Positions 28,098 through 42,694 of a stretch of DNA of 64,000 bases are shown one piece after another. The stretch comes from Octopus vulgaris (Eukaryota). A program made the position numbers and the translations under genes. How positions within the stretch are numbered: the stretch's first letter is position 1; every line of letters starts with the position of its first letter. The stretch is taken from positions 36,208,001 through 36,272,000 of the forward strand of contig OX597829.1 in the NCBI GenBank assembly GCA_951406725.2, read 5' to 3'. The notes under the pieces are model-generated. The model was not told the origin of the DNA. It saw only the letters and a list, made by a program, of their open reading frames with translations, and ran no database searches.

Positions 28098-28998
28098 TGT
28101 GTGTATGTATGTATGTATGTATGTATGTATGTATTATGTATGTATTATGTATGTATTATGTATGTATTATGTAAGTATGTATGTATGTATGTATCTATGT
28201 ATGTATGTATGTATGTGTGCGTGCGTGTGCGCGCATGTGAGTGTTTGTGCGCGCGTATACTGTAATTAAATGCACATCTTTTCTAAGATCTGCTGTGTTA
28301 AGAGATCTGAAATCACTCGAAGTATATATCTGTGTTGTATGTAATTACTGAAAAACCTTTGTTGATATACTGAGAAGGAAGTGATTTACTATCGTGTGCA
28401 ATCGGAATGTAGGCGGGCGTGTTGGTACCCGCCTTTCTATATAAACCGGAGAGTACATATGGTTCTCTATTAGGTGATGGGTGTGTAGATGTGTGTGTGT
28501 ATGTGTGTCTACGTTTGTGTGCATGTGTGTGTGTGCGAGCATGCGTGTGTGTGTGCGTGCGTGCGTGCGAGCACGTGTGTGCGTATGTGTGTGTATGTGT
28601 ATGTATACATGCATGCTGATATGTACATGCATTCCTAGCTGTAAATGTATGTTATTCAACGTATGTCATGGTGTGCGTGTATGTATCTAATTGCGTTTTG
28701 CATTTTTGAACGTAATTCTTGCCTATCTATTTATATGTCAAGTTCTCTTTTTAGTTTTTTTCCGTTTTCACACATATATATATATATGCACATGCTTTCA
28801 AGAAAACATATACAAGACATAAACATGAAAAAATACATTTGAAAGTCAAGAGTGTTGTAAGCACTTAAAATACATTTTGTATATGTGCGTCTGTGTTCGA
28901 GCATGTGTGCGTGAATTTATTTTCAGTGCATGTCTGGACTTCATACATAAATGTATCTTTGTGAAAGTCAGTTTGTTCATGTGTGCCATCACTTCAAA

Positions 28999-29034
<36 letters not shown>

Positions 29035-29279
29035 ACACACATACATACACACACAACACACAACACACACACACACAACACACACACACACAACACACAC
29101 ACACACCTGCATACATATAACCATGCACACACACACACTCTTCAGAAGACACGTGTGTCTGTTATCATTTTGATGAGTAAAATTTGTGTTGTAAAGGAAA
29201 TTGTCTTTACGTATATATGCATGTTTGTGTGTGTGAGAGAGAGAGTGGAAAAGGAGAAAGAGAGAGTGGGAAAGGAGAA

Positions 29280-29322
<43 letters not shown>

Positions 29323-29768
29323 CAGACAGACAAACAGACAGAGGAAGAGGGAAAAAAGAAGAGGTATCACAAAATAGATAGATGGACGTATCGTCAGTCA
29401 GCCACGAGAGTGAAACAGTAAATTCAGGGAGTGTGAGAGGGGAGACGATGTGAGAGTGAGTCTGGGAGAGAGGTGTGTAGGGATATAAATGATTTCAGGT
29501 TTCCGCGCCCCTCTAGGCAATTCACTTCCAATGATATCTCGCCTAGCTTGTCGTGTGTCGGGTTTGATCGTTGGCAGATGGATCTTTTGATGGCAAGGCG
29601 ACAGCCGCTATAGGAACGAACACAAACAATTATTCTGAAAGTGTCTCCCTTCGCCTAACGGGCGACTTGAAATGACATCTTTTACACACGACGGCAGTCT
29701 GTCGTCGATCATTTACTACTACTACTGCTTTCTATGTCTGTATGTGTATGCATGTGTGCCTCAGTGTA

Positions 29769-29815
<47 letters not shown>

Positions 29816-30804
29816 GATGAGGATGGAGGGATAGGGAGATATGAAGTAAACGACTGAAGGTTTTTTTTTTTTGTTTCTGTGACATCCTGCACGCACGCGC
29901 ACGTAAGTGTATGTGTGTGTGTGTCTTTGAGTGTATGTTTGCATATGTGCCTGTTTTGAGTGTTCCTTAAACGGCTGAGACGTTATGATGTGTGTGCGCG
30001 CGTGTGCGTGTGTGTGTGTGTGTGTGTGCGTGTGTGTGTGTGCGCGCGTGTGTGTGTATGTGTGTGTGTGTGTGTTTCAGTGTGTTTCAGTGTGTCTGTT
30101 TGTGAACTGGTGTCAGTGTACGATGAAAGGGAGAAGTATTAGAAGATATTGCAAGGTGAGAAAAAATGAGGTTGGTGGTTGGTTGGGTGGTAGTGGCGGG
30201 AATGGGATTTCGGAAAGAAGATAGACAGAAGAACGACACCATCAACAACAATCAAGACGAAGTGAAAAAGATAAGAAGAAACAAGATTATATGAATGAAA
30301 AAATGAAAAAAAATGGAGTGAGATTGGGGAAAATAGCGAGAGAGACACAGAGACAGAGAGACAGAGAGAGAGACAGAGAGAGAGAGAGACGTAGTGAACG
30401 AGTGAAAAACAGGTAGAGACAAGAGAAGACAGGGGAGTAAAATGTTTATACAGAGGGATTGAGTGGTGAAGAGAGAAAGAGGATCTTAGAGAGAGAGAGA
30501 TGGGGGAAAGATAGAGAGATATGGCGCGAGAGATGATGAGAGAAATGTGACTGAAGAGGGATTGAAGAGAGATTTTGAAGTGGAGAAAAGAATTATAAAT
30601 AGGGTAAGTGTGATATGTAGGTGCTGTGATAATGGAGGCAGTGTGTGTAATGTATTATTGGAGATTTGAAGGTTTGTATTTCACTGTGACAGCTAGAGAA
30701 AAGCTGTGTTAAGTATCTTGCAGCAGTTTTCTTTTTCGGAAATGACGATTATCTTCGGAACATTAACAATCATTGTTGTGGTACAATATATGAAAGTGGT
30801 TGAG

Positions 30805-31140
30805 GTGGTGGTGGGGTGGTGGTGGTGGTGGGGGTGTGGGGGTGTGGGGTGAGGTGTTGTTGTTGTTGTTGTTGTTGTTGTTGGTTGTTGTTGGTGGTGG
30901 TGGTGGTGGTGGTGGTGGTGGTAGTGGTGGTGGTGGTGGTGGTGGTGGTAGCGGCGGCGGCGGTGGTAGCGGCGGCGGTGGTAGCGGCAGCGGTGGTAGC
31001 GGCAGCGGTGGTAGCGGCGGCAGCGGTGGTAGCGGCGGCAGCGGTGGTAGCGGCGGCAGCGGTGGTAGCGGCGGCAGCGGTGGTAGCGGCGGCGGCGGTG
31101 GTAATGGTAATGGTAGTGGTGGTAGTGGTGGTGGTGGTGT
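30805..31140. repeat. G-rich compound microsatellite with 18-bp unit GGTGGTAGCGGCGGCAGC
   Basis: Directly visible; grades into (GGT)n and (GTT)n on both sides. Confidence 0.9.
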
Positions 31141-31670
31141 TGGTAAGTTGCAGCGATGGTAGTAGTGGAACTGATCGTTGCCGTAGCAGTGGTGGCTACG
31201 GTGCCGAAACGTGGCGACGGGAGTGAGATTGTAGCAGTCGTAACAGTAATGTAGCTTTGTAGTAGTGATAATGTAGTTTTGAGTTGATGGCATAATTTAA
31301 TGATAATATTATGCGAATATTAGATATAACAATGCAAAAATGTACATTATGTTATTGTTTAGCCTCATGCCAATCTTTGTAGAGAAAAATCTATAACAAA
31401 ATCTGTCGCGATCACCCTTTAAAGTGTTAGTCCCTACCTTACTTCATATTTCCTTAACATATTTAAGAATGTAAGATGATTGGCTACTATTTCTAGCAGG
31501 TCGAAGCTCCTTTATTTGATTGATAAAATTAAAGGTGCAAAAGGAGTATGTGTGAACACTAATAATACTAATATGACTATTGTAATTGATAGAGGGATGT
31601 ATTTATGGTGATAGGTAAGGTACAGGTGTATATATGTGACAGATATGCTGATAATAGTAATAGCAGCAAC

Positions 31671-31923
<253 letters not shown>

Positions 31924-33339
31924 ATTTTTGTTAGTATACTTGAATGTTTGACTGTGTCACTTTTCAGACAATTTTTATGTAGATGATGTCGTAGGTTCAA
32001 CTTAAGGTGTGTTTTGAACAACCGACCAACATTTTTATCAAAAGCATTTGATTCTTGAATTTCACGCCTTTTCGGACAGTTTTTACTTGAAGTATGTTAT
32101 ACAAAGCCAAGTTCTATTTAGAATAGTATGTCACAGTTTAAGGATTATTCAGCTGGAATTTCTTGGTAGTCATTTCAATGAAGCTATATCATTGCCCCAA
32201 CCTTATGACATTAGATGGATGATGGAGTAGGGAATGACATTCGGAATAAACTACATATTCCAAAAGAAACCAAAAACTTAGAAGAAATTTGGATGACTAC
32301 TAAAGAAAATAAATGTAGTAATTTAAGGAAATTTAGATTTAATTTAAAGGAAAACTGAATTTTAATACATAAGAGGAAGACGCGATCTTTATTGGCAGTA
32401 CATATAACATTTATGGACATATTTTGGTTTTATTAGCGGATACTTAAATCAGCACCTGCTATTACGCAGATATTGTACTTTAATATTATGCAAGTTTACT
32501 CCCACTTTGAAATAATTGAACTTCCCAGGATTTGCTTAAATTGGTCATATTACTGATCACTGTTCCACATAACTTTTAGTCGGACAGCAATGCAACGCCA
32601 GTAGACTTTATTCATAAGATTTTTCCCCAAAATCATCTTCACAAGCTGCCGGTGTAGTTTTAAAATTAGCTTCGAGGTTTTTCTTGAAATTAACCAAAAT
32701 GTCTTTTGTTGATTTTGATCCCTTGACTAAACCAACAACTGCATTTCCACTTCAAAAATTAAAATACCATGCTGCTAGGTGATAACTGTAGCTGACATTG
32801 GAACAAATCATTTTAAATGTCCTATTATTTTTAGTGCCTTGTAAAATTGCACCGATCTTTGACCGACTGCATTCTAACACTTTTTTCATTGTTCGTAGGT
32901 TTTCCAATTGTCATTAATCACTCTATCATCGCCACTTTAATTTCCTTAGTGATGAATTTACTTTTCTTTAATCTGTCATTTGCATGAAATTTATGTTTCC
33001 GAGGTGTGGTTTCTATGCTACACGCAATAAAAAAATTGAAGCCAAAATAATATTACACACAACAAAACATTTACAGGATCTCACTTGAGATTGGTGCCTT
33101 GTGGCTTCTGGAGCCGACGGAGCGCTACAAAGCATGCAACATCTTGATTGTGCTGCTGCCAGTCCCTTATTATTAAGCATTCAATGTAAACCGAATATAT
33201 ACGGACGAAGGCTTCACATTAGTGTATACTTAGAACCCCTAAAATAAAGGTAGACAGAAACAGAATGAAATAAAAGATAAAAACAAAAGCGAACTAACTT
33301 CTTACAAATAGAAGAGTGAAATAATTTATAAGTATTTTT

Positions 33340-33560
33340 ATCTTTTACTCGTTTCAATCATTAGACTGCAGCCATGCTAGAGCACTGCGTTGAAGGATTG
33401 TAGTCGAACGAATCGACTTCAAGGCTTTTCGTTTATGTCTGGTACATATTTTATCGCTTCTTTTGCCAAATCACTAATTTATGGGGATGCAAACAAACCA
33501 ACATTGGTCATCAAGCGGTAGAGAGGGAGAAACACAAACACAAAGGCTCTCTATACACAC
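33340..33560 (-). mobile_element. Diverged 3' half of SINE family A
   Basis: CTTTTACTCGTTTCAATCATTAGACTGCAGCCATGCTAGAGCAC matches 12079-12125. Confidence 0.75.
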
Positions 33561-33573
33561 GCACACATACATG

Positions 33574-33800
33574 AAGGCACGTGGCGTAGTTGTTAGGCCA
33601 TTGCACTCACGATCGGTAGATCGTTGTTTCGATTCCTTGATTATGCGGTACATTGTTCTCTTGAGCAAAACACTTCATTTCACGTCGGCCTGCTCGCCTA
33701 GCCAGCAGGGTAGCATCATTTGAAGAGTAAAACAATGCAAAACGCAATGTGACCTGTGATGTGTAATAACATTTAATAGCCTAGTCACTCACATCAAACT
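33574..33800 (+). mobile_element. tRNA-derived SINE family C, diverged
   Basis: A-box-like TGGCGTAGTTG, B-box-like TTCGATTCC, followed by CTTGAGCAAAACACTT central domain. Confidence 0.6.
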
Positions 33801-33806
33801 GTTTTG

Positions 33807-33845
<39 letters not shown>

Positions 33846-34513
33846 AAGACATGACATGATGTAGGTGAAGAAATTCGAGAAACTTGAAAAGAATATACGA
33901 AACCGGTTATTTCTCCAAAAACTATGTTACTATACACAAAATTTTTTAACATTTTTATAACATAACGACTTAAATATATTCTTTAACCTTATAACACAAG
34001 CTTTCTGTGGATTTTTCTCTCTTTTTTATTTTTTATACATCCAACAACGTGCTCTCACACACCAACTCTCTCACCTATATATATATATGCATATGCATGT
34101 GTGTAAGTGTATGTGAGCCTGTAAATATGTATGTTCGTATGTGTGAGTCTGTGTGTGTTTTTGAGAATTTGCACGCATATGTTCATCAGTGTAGTAGTGA
34201 AAGGTTTGATGAAAAAAGTCCAGTCTCTTTATGCTCTGATCACATTTGTCTCTATCACCATATAGATAAAATAAGCACTAGAGCTCGAAACAAAACCTAA
34301 GAACAGTATCCTTATATAACTTCTGATGACGCATTAATAGAATCCGCTATTTTTTTATCCAGGTGCAACGTATTTTTCAAGTGAAAACGAAGAAAATATT
34401 GTGATATTCATACTAAAGCATTAAAATGTGTATTATACAGATCTTGAAATAACGGCCACTTTTACAATGCAAGAAAATATTCTTGAATATTTTTAGATTC
34501 TTTTAATTTTTCA

Positions 34514-34836
34514 TTCTCTTACTTGTTTCCGTCATTTGACTGCGGTTATGCAGGAACACTGCCAGTAGGCGAAGAATTTGACCCTTGGTTTTATTCTTTG
34601 TAAGCCTAGTACTTATTCTATCGGACTGTTTTGCCGAACCGCTCAGTTACGGGGACGAAAACACACCAGCATCGATTGTCAAGCGGTGATGGGGTAATAA
34701 ACACAGGCATATACATAAATATATACATATATGTATATACGAGAGGCTTCTTTCAGTTTCCGTGTACTAAATCCACTCACATGGCTTTGGTTGGCCCGAG
34801 GCTATAGTAGAAGACACTTGCCCAAAGTGCCATGCA
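34514..34836 (-). mobile_element. 5'-truncated SINE family A
   Basis: Collinear with 12080-12420 (CTTCTTTCAGTTTCCG, GGCTATAGTAGAAGACACTTGCCCAA). Confidence 0.88.
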
Positions 34837-35046
34837 AAATAACTTATGCGTAACATAATGGTATATTATTAAGAGTACCAATGTGTTTCTGTGGTCATCA
34901 ATGACTCAATATGTGTGTGCGCGCGTGTGTGCGTGCATGCGTGCATGTGTATGCATAGTGTATGTTTGTGTATGTGTGTTTGCGTATGTGTGTGTTTGTG
35001 TGTGTATGTGTGAGAGAGAAAGAGAGAGATTACATACTGAATATAT

Positions 35047-35735
35047 GTAAGGTTGTCCAATATGGGGTTTATATACAACGACTGGTATAGCAGCATTAAG
35101 TCAACTGCTGCAAAGCAAAAGATGATGCCAGAGACAGAATTAATTACAGATGTATCAAATTACTGCACCAGGTCATGTAATTTACAGAGTGTGCCACAGC
35201 ACAACTAGAAAGGAAATGAATTAGACTAGATGAGATGCAGCTTGCACTACCGGTGCTATCTTCTTAGTAAGGCAGCTGCAGAAGCATTTAACAAAACATT
35301 AACCGCTGTACTTGACATTTGTCCACATGGAGAATGCGCTCGCTTACACATCTGGTGGTCTAATGTGGCACCTAGGGGTAGATGTCAGTAAGGTGAAAGA
35401 CGACAATGAGTTCAGCGACGAATTTAGTGTGCAAGCAGGAGTTAACCAATGATCGGTTCTCAGCCCCATATTGTTCATCATAGTACTTTAGGCCATAACA
35501 GAGGAATTTAAGACTGGTTGCTCCTGGAATTTCTTCTATGCTGATGACCTTGTTCTTATAACTGAATCCCTCTTAAAGTTAGAGAAGAAATTTCAAGTAT
35601 GGAAGCAAAGAATGGAGTCTAAGGACTTTAGAGTTAATTTAACAAGGACTAAAGAACTAGTAAGCAGGAACGCAGACAAATTACTGATCCCTTCAAGAAT
35701 GTGTCTGTTCAATATTCAGAAAATCTGTAGGTAGA
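35047..35735 (+). mobile_element. Decayed RTE-clade LINE reverse transcriptase fragment
   Basis: Remnants NYRCIKLL, TTGAIFLVRQLQ, EFSVQAGVNQ*SVLSPILFIIVL*AITEEFKTGCSWNFFYADDLVLI (YADD motif). Confidence 0.85.
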
Positions 35736-36352
35736 AATTCAACTATTTATTTATTTATTTATTTGTTTCTAATTGTTCTTCAGGTAAACGTAAATAGTTG
35801 CTCTCTTGTCGTTCCAGTCACACACACACACATGCACACAGACACAGACAGAAATACGCAGACACACACACACACTCACACACACACACACACTGTACAC
35901 TGAAAAAAGATTGTGGTTTTCTTCCTTTGCTTTAAATAATATATAGAAATTCACCAAATGTTAGATGATATCAGTGATATGACATTTATTAATTCTATGG
36001 CATAATACATAAACAGGGTCCACTCTAATAATTTTTATTGGACGAGCGTTTTCTAGAACTAAATTGGTAACCGTATTTCACTCATATCATATATCTCAAA
36101 GCTGACATGTAACATGTAAACCACATGTTCATGTTTGCTCTCTCAGGTGTAGAATTCAAATGATGATAAAAAAAAGATATGAAAATGTAAGAAGCACATA
36201 TTGGTATAGCATGTAAAGAAAGTTTATACATTATAAACATCAGTTATCTGGGAATCGCTTTTAATATCCAGATGAATAACATAATGTTATTGTTACAATG
36301 TAAGTGTGGCGTATATAATACAACAGGTTTAGAATAGAAAATATTTTTCCAG

Positions 36353-37273
<921 letters not shown>

Positions 37274-38009
37274 TGTATGTATGTATGTATCGTATCGTAT
37301 ACATACACGCAAGTATGCAAAGGTATGAGAGTTGTCTACACATTCACATAGATCATTAGGAATATTCTTTAAATCTATACTTTCTTTTCTTATTAATTAT
37401 AATTATAACCCCCCGAATGAAAATCAAAGCACAAAATACATTGTAAAATCGTGTCTCACATTTTTATATTAATATATTACATTGGTGATTTATGATTCAT
37501 GACATTTGATGCTGTTTAATTCACAATATATAAATAGCAGGAGATATTTCTTAATTTTCAAGCTACAGTTTCCACCCATCTCATTATCACCTTCATCATC
37601 ATTACCACATAATTTTTTTTTCCAATAATACCATGGCAACAGGGAATACAGGTCATTATCACCGCATTAATTATGACCGAACTTTTGACTAAATTAATCA
37701 TAGTTTAAAGTCGATATAACACATTTCGCTGACATTAGTTGCCGTAATGGAATTGATTATAGGTGTCAGCTTCAAATGAAGCATAGTTTAAACTGGAACT
37801 CATAGTGAGGTGGTATTGGGAGTTAATGTGCGATGGAATCGAGATAAGTAATTCATTTCTGTTATTTTTCTTTTCTTTTTTTGCATGCGGATGTCCTCAA
37901 AGAGATGCTTAAAATGCTTTGTTTTAATTATTGTTGTAGTTTTTTTGTTGCAGTAGTAGTTGTTATTGTTATTATTAACCAAGTAGTTCGCGCTTGTCGT
38001 CGATAAACT

Positions 38010-39760
38010 AGCCTGTGAAGTGCAGACATGCGCTATCCCAAGCAGATCTGTACATGACAACCTATTTCATGCATTACGTCACAAAGAAGGTTGGTAAGGA
38101 TCCTGGAATGGGTGGGGCCCTGATCCGTTTGGATCAATCGAAAGCTTTCGTTAGGGTCGATCCCCAATACTTAGAGACTGTTCTCGCATCGGCCGGTTTC
38201 GGTCCTGTCTTCAGAATCTGGATTGCTGGAATGGTCAAAGTGAATACTCACTTCACGGAATCATTTAGCATCGCACGTTTAGTCCACTAAAGATACCCAC
38301 TTTTACTCCTTCTATATATGGTGGCTCTCAAGCCATTACTACGTAAGCTGGATGTTTCGAGGGGCATTCCGCATGAACTGGGATGTGGAAAGTTCGTGTC
38401 ACCTTATGCGGATGACGCCACCGAAATAATTTCGAACGTCTCGGAAATCGAGGTGATCCGCACTATCATAAGGGAAGTTGTAACGCGAGCAAATATTAAC
38501 CAAGAGAAAGGTCTATGCCATCAGACAGCGTCGTAGGTCACTGGACGGAAGAATCGGTTAAATTCCTCGGTGTCTAGTTTAGTCCAGACCTCTAGGTAGG
38601 CAGAGAGGGAGTGACAAGCAGAGTGGCCAGTCTCACTAAAAAATGGGCAGAGAAGCTGTTTCTGAAAAGTCGAGCGTTGGTGGTTAATTCGTACATCGCT
38701 TCCATCGTCCCTTGCCCTGCTTCGTGACTGATCAGCCTGGAGCGCTTGTTCCATCGCTTTCTGTGGAAGGGGTGTGTTCTGCTTGTAAGACGGCCCACCT
38801 GCTGCCAGCAGCCGCTGAGTTGAGGACTGGACACGCTGTAGCTAATGATGTGCAGACATGCGATGAGGTTGTAACATCTCCAGCATTTCATTAACGGTGA
38901 ACAGGTGTGATCGTCGTTTTCCAGACTGGATTTTCTGTAGCTTGTCTCATTGACGGAGCAATAGTTATGGATCAAGCATAGAGCGAGGAAGGGTGTTTGG
39001 CACCTGGTATGTTGGCAAGTACTCACAGCCCTCACAGCCCTCGTTGGAAGTTGTACACTGGAATTCTATTGGGGATTAGAAAAGCGATGGCGTTCTGGGG
39101 TAATCATTGAACATCGGGAGAAATTAATTGGCTGGTATTTTCTGGAGGTCTTTCTGGCCGGGGACTATGGATAATTGCCGTATCGGTAGTGCTACCGGAA
39201 GGCTCTTCTGGTCCGAGAAAGTTCTACAGGTATGAAAATGATGTTAGACGGACCTGTTCGAGATGTGCATAGAACGACGAAATCGCGTTCAGTATCCGGA
39301 TATTGCTGACGGGTGAAACTTTGTCGAACAGCTGATGTCGCGTGTAGGACGGATACGATTATCGGCCGAGTCCATCGGGAAAGTTACCCTGCTGCCTTTT
39401 TTCTGGGCAGGAAGGACAGACAGTTTTCCCCTGCCTGGTGGCTGTGGTAAATAAAAAGGTAGATGAGTGTGGCGAGGATGTTCTTTGTGAATGAGCCTAC
39501 TCTGAGCATGCACTAGCAGGCTGCAGGGAATGGAGAGGGGAGGTGTACTCGGCCGAGATATTCTTGGCGTTCGGGTTATCGAGAATGTGTTAGATTCCTC
39601 GGATGCCCTTAGGTGGAACTTTACCCCCTTTTCGGGAATTTTATTCATGTTAAGTGCTATTGTTTTTTGTTCTTCACACGCACTGTATGTAAAACGCCAC
39701 TGTTCTTTGCTCTGTATTAACCTTTGTTTTTGCGTTTGGGCTTTGTAACCAATAAAATAT
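38010..39760 (+). mobile_element. Decayed 5'-truncated Tx1/L1-like LINE (RT to 3' UTR)
   Basis: GALIRLDQSKAFVRVDPQYLETVLASAGFGPVFRIWI, VSPYADDA, KFLGV motifs with stops; ends AATAAAA before a (TTA/TTG)n tract. Confidence 0.85.
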
Positions 39761-39820
39761 TATTGTTATTGTTATTGTTGTTATTATTATTAATTATTAT
39801 TATTAATGATAACATCATAA

Positions 39821-40016
39821 AGGCGCCGAACTAGCAGAATCGTCAGCACGCCGAGTAAAATATATTTCGTCCGTCTCCTCGTTCTAAGTTGAAACTCCGC
39901 TGGGTTCGATTTTGCCTTTCATCATTTCAGGGTCGATAAAATGAGTACCAGTTGAGTACTGGAAACAATCTAATCCCTCCTACGAAATTGCTAGCTTGGT
40001 GCCAAAATTTGAAACC
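39821..40016 (+). mobile_element. SINE family B, diverged
   Basis: GGCGCCGAACTAGCAGAATCGTCAGCACGCCG...GCCTTTCATCATTTCAGGGTCGATAAAATGAGTACCAGTT. Confidence 0.8.
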
Positions 40017-40058
40017 ATTATTATTGTTGTTGTTGTTGTCGTCGTCGTCGTTGTCGTC

Positions 40059-40118
<60 letters not shown>

Positions 40119-40218
40119 GGTGGTGGTGTTGGTGGTGGTGGTGGTGGTGGTGGTGGTGGTGGTGGTGGTGGTAGTAGTAGTAGTAGTTGTTGTAGTAGTA
40201 GTAGTTGTGGTGGTGGTG

Positions 40219-40296
<78 letters not shown>
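40017..40296. repeat. (AGT)n/(GGT)n compound microsatellite
   Basis: Directly visible. Confidence 0.95.
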
Positions 40297-40297
<1 letters not shown>

Positions 40298-41794
40298 GTA
40301 AGCTGGCAGATTCGTTCCTGTAATGATTTATATTCAGGAATATACTTCAACGTTGCAAAAGATAAATGGTTTGTTAGTATATTCTTTCAACGATTCTGGG
40401 ACGGAGAAAGGCAAAACGGGAAGATCTGAACATAAGTTAGAAATTTTCTAAACGATTTAATTCGTTGCCCCACATTGAAATTGCTGTGAACATTTTATAC
40501 AAGTCTCTAACGTGTGTTGACTTTGTTCCAGAGAGATGTTTTTACAAATTACAAAATCTTGGCCTTTGTTAGATTCTTTTAGAATGTATGAAATAGAACT
40601 TAACGAAGAAAAAAGAAATTCCAATCCTTGCTTGTTGCCTTTGGATTTAAACACTCTGAGAGGCGGGGTTTTTGTCTTTAATTGCGTAGATAATCTCAGT
40701 TTACTGAAGAATTTTTAACTAACTTTGTTACATATGTGAAACCCCACCGCATTTGTATTTACTATGAAGAACATTCTTCAGAGGCATTTTATCTCCGCTA
40801 TATTGTTAACATTGTTTTGCTTCATAATAACAATAGTTTTATTTCACCATTTTCCTATTTAAAAAGATTCAATTTAGATTCACTTCATCTCTCTTCAATA
40901 GAAATTATCGTAGGTATTTTATTGTCTAAAATACCAACATTGTTTGTTTTCCTCATTTTCAAAAGACAATATATGTTTTAGTGTCACCATCAACTTTTTT
41001 GTAAAGTTAAAATATTGAATACATTTATTTTTCTCTACAATCTCAATTGTTAAATGACTTCCCTTCTCAATAAGTGTACAAAATATCAAATTTCCCTAAA
41101 AATACTCTTTATCTTTTTATTGACCAATATAATCTTCAAAAATTCTACATTTACTAAATATCGATCTCTTTTTCTTCTAAACTAAACACTTCTGAGAAGA
41201 GGTAGGTTATTATCAATCAGTCTGATAGTGTTAATCACCATATCCATCAATTCGTCTCCCTCTCCCTCTCTCTCTCTCCCTTTCTCTCTCTCTTTGTCTG
41301 ACTCCATCTACGTATCTGACTTTCTCTCATTTCAGTTTCTCTCTTTTTTAGCATATTTGTCTTTCCGTCTGTTCGTCTGTCTCTTCCTATCAGTCTGTCT
41401 CTGCATCAATCTATTTCAGCAATGTCTCTCACTATTGGTTTTCCGCACTATCACTTTTTATTTCTCAATAAGTCTGTCTCTCTCAACCTGTTTCTCTCTT
41501 TATAACGTTAGATTCTTTTCCTTCTTTCTTCTCTTGCTTTATCAATATAAAACTGAACTCATTGCAGTGGAAAGTACAACTATTGGATCAATTAGAATTT
41601 AAATGTAATACTGCTTCCCAAATCACAATGATCCATACGGTTGATGTTGAAATGCAGATCTTTGGCTGCTGAGCGTGGAAGTTTTCCCGAAGACAAAATT
41701 ATCCAGACAATGGAACCTAGAATAAAGTCTTATCAGGTCACTCAAAGAAAGGCGAACCGAAAAGGCAGTCTATGACGTGGTGGTGAAATAACTT

Positions 41795-41916
41795 GACAAG
41801 TCTTTGATAGGTCCAAGGCCAACAAAGAAGACATTTACTTAAGGTGCCACACCATAGGACCGAACCCTGAACGATGTGGGAAGCAAACGTCTTAGCACAC
41901 AGCCATGCCTGCGCCT
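41795..41916 (-). mobile_element. 5' part of SINE family A, diverged
   Basis: AGAAGACATTTACTTAAGGTGCCAC...CACACAGCCATGCCTGCGCCT. Confidence 0.65.
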
Positions 41917-42482
41917 GTATAACCGTTTCGAGAAAGTAACTGGCAACGATATTTTGTCAAAACCTAATTGGTATTAAATAGCATGAGTTGCACATTTAAA
42001 CCCTATGTGAATAGATATTACATACATCATTGTAGCTTACAGTTTAATAAAAAAAAAAAAGAATATAAGAAAACACATTGTCTTTCTCAGCATCGTAACC
42101 ATAATGAACTATCATCATCATCATCATCTTAATAGCAAATTTGGCGTCAACAAAACTAAGTGGTATAATACGATATTGGAACTATATAAATGGAAGAATA
42201 AGTAAATAAAAGAATGTCGAAAAATATTCATCTAAATCTTTATTTACATTTGGAATTTGGAAATTAAAAATATATTATCTTACATTGCAAGTGAAACATT
42301 TTCTGTGAAACAAAAATATAATCAAAGAAAGAGGGGAAAATATAGAGTGAAAGGGAGAGAGACAAAGACAGAGATAGCAAAGTAAAATGGAAGGGAAACC
42401 ATACCCAACAAATTCCAAATTTAACAAAAGACACAGACAAGAATATAGAGGAATAAATTGTTTAAGACTACTGCATAGTAAC

Positions 42483-42685
42483 TGGCGGAAGAGTTACCAT
42501 GCGGGGCAAAATGATTTGCGGCATTTTGTCTGTCTTTGCGTTCTGAGAGCAAATTCCGTAGGGTCGAATTTGACTTTCATCCTTTAGGGGTCGATAAAAT
42601 ATGTACCAGTAGCGCATTAGAGTCGATGCAGTCGACTTACCCACTCCTGCAAACTTGCTGATCTTGTGCTAAAATTTGAAGCCAG
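42483..42685 (+). mobile_element. SINE family B, diverged
   Basis: CTTTCATCCTTTAGGGGTCGATAAAATATGTACCAGT core. Confidence 0.75.
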
Positions 42686-42694
42686 TATCTTTAT

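Noticed and set aside
30800-31162. (GGS)n ORF resembling a flexible linker or Gly-rich protein
   Set aside because: Grades continuously into (GGT)n and (GTT)n arrays and is open in multiple frames; best explained as a compound microsatellite
32300-33230. Possible hAT (Charlie/BED-type) transposase relic on the minus strand
   Set aside because: Only faint motif echoes across many frameshifts (CMLC, VKMILG); needs a frameshift-aware BLASTX before it can be called
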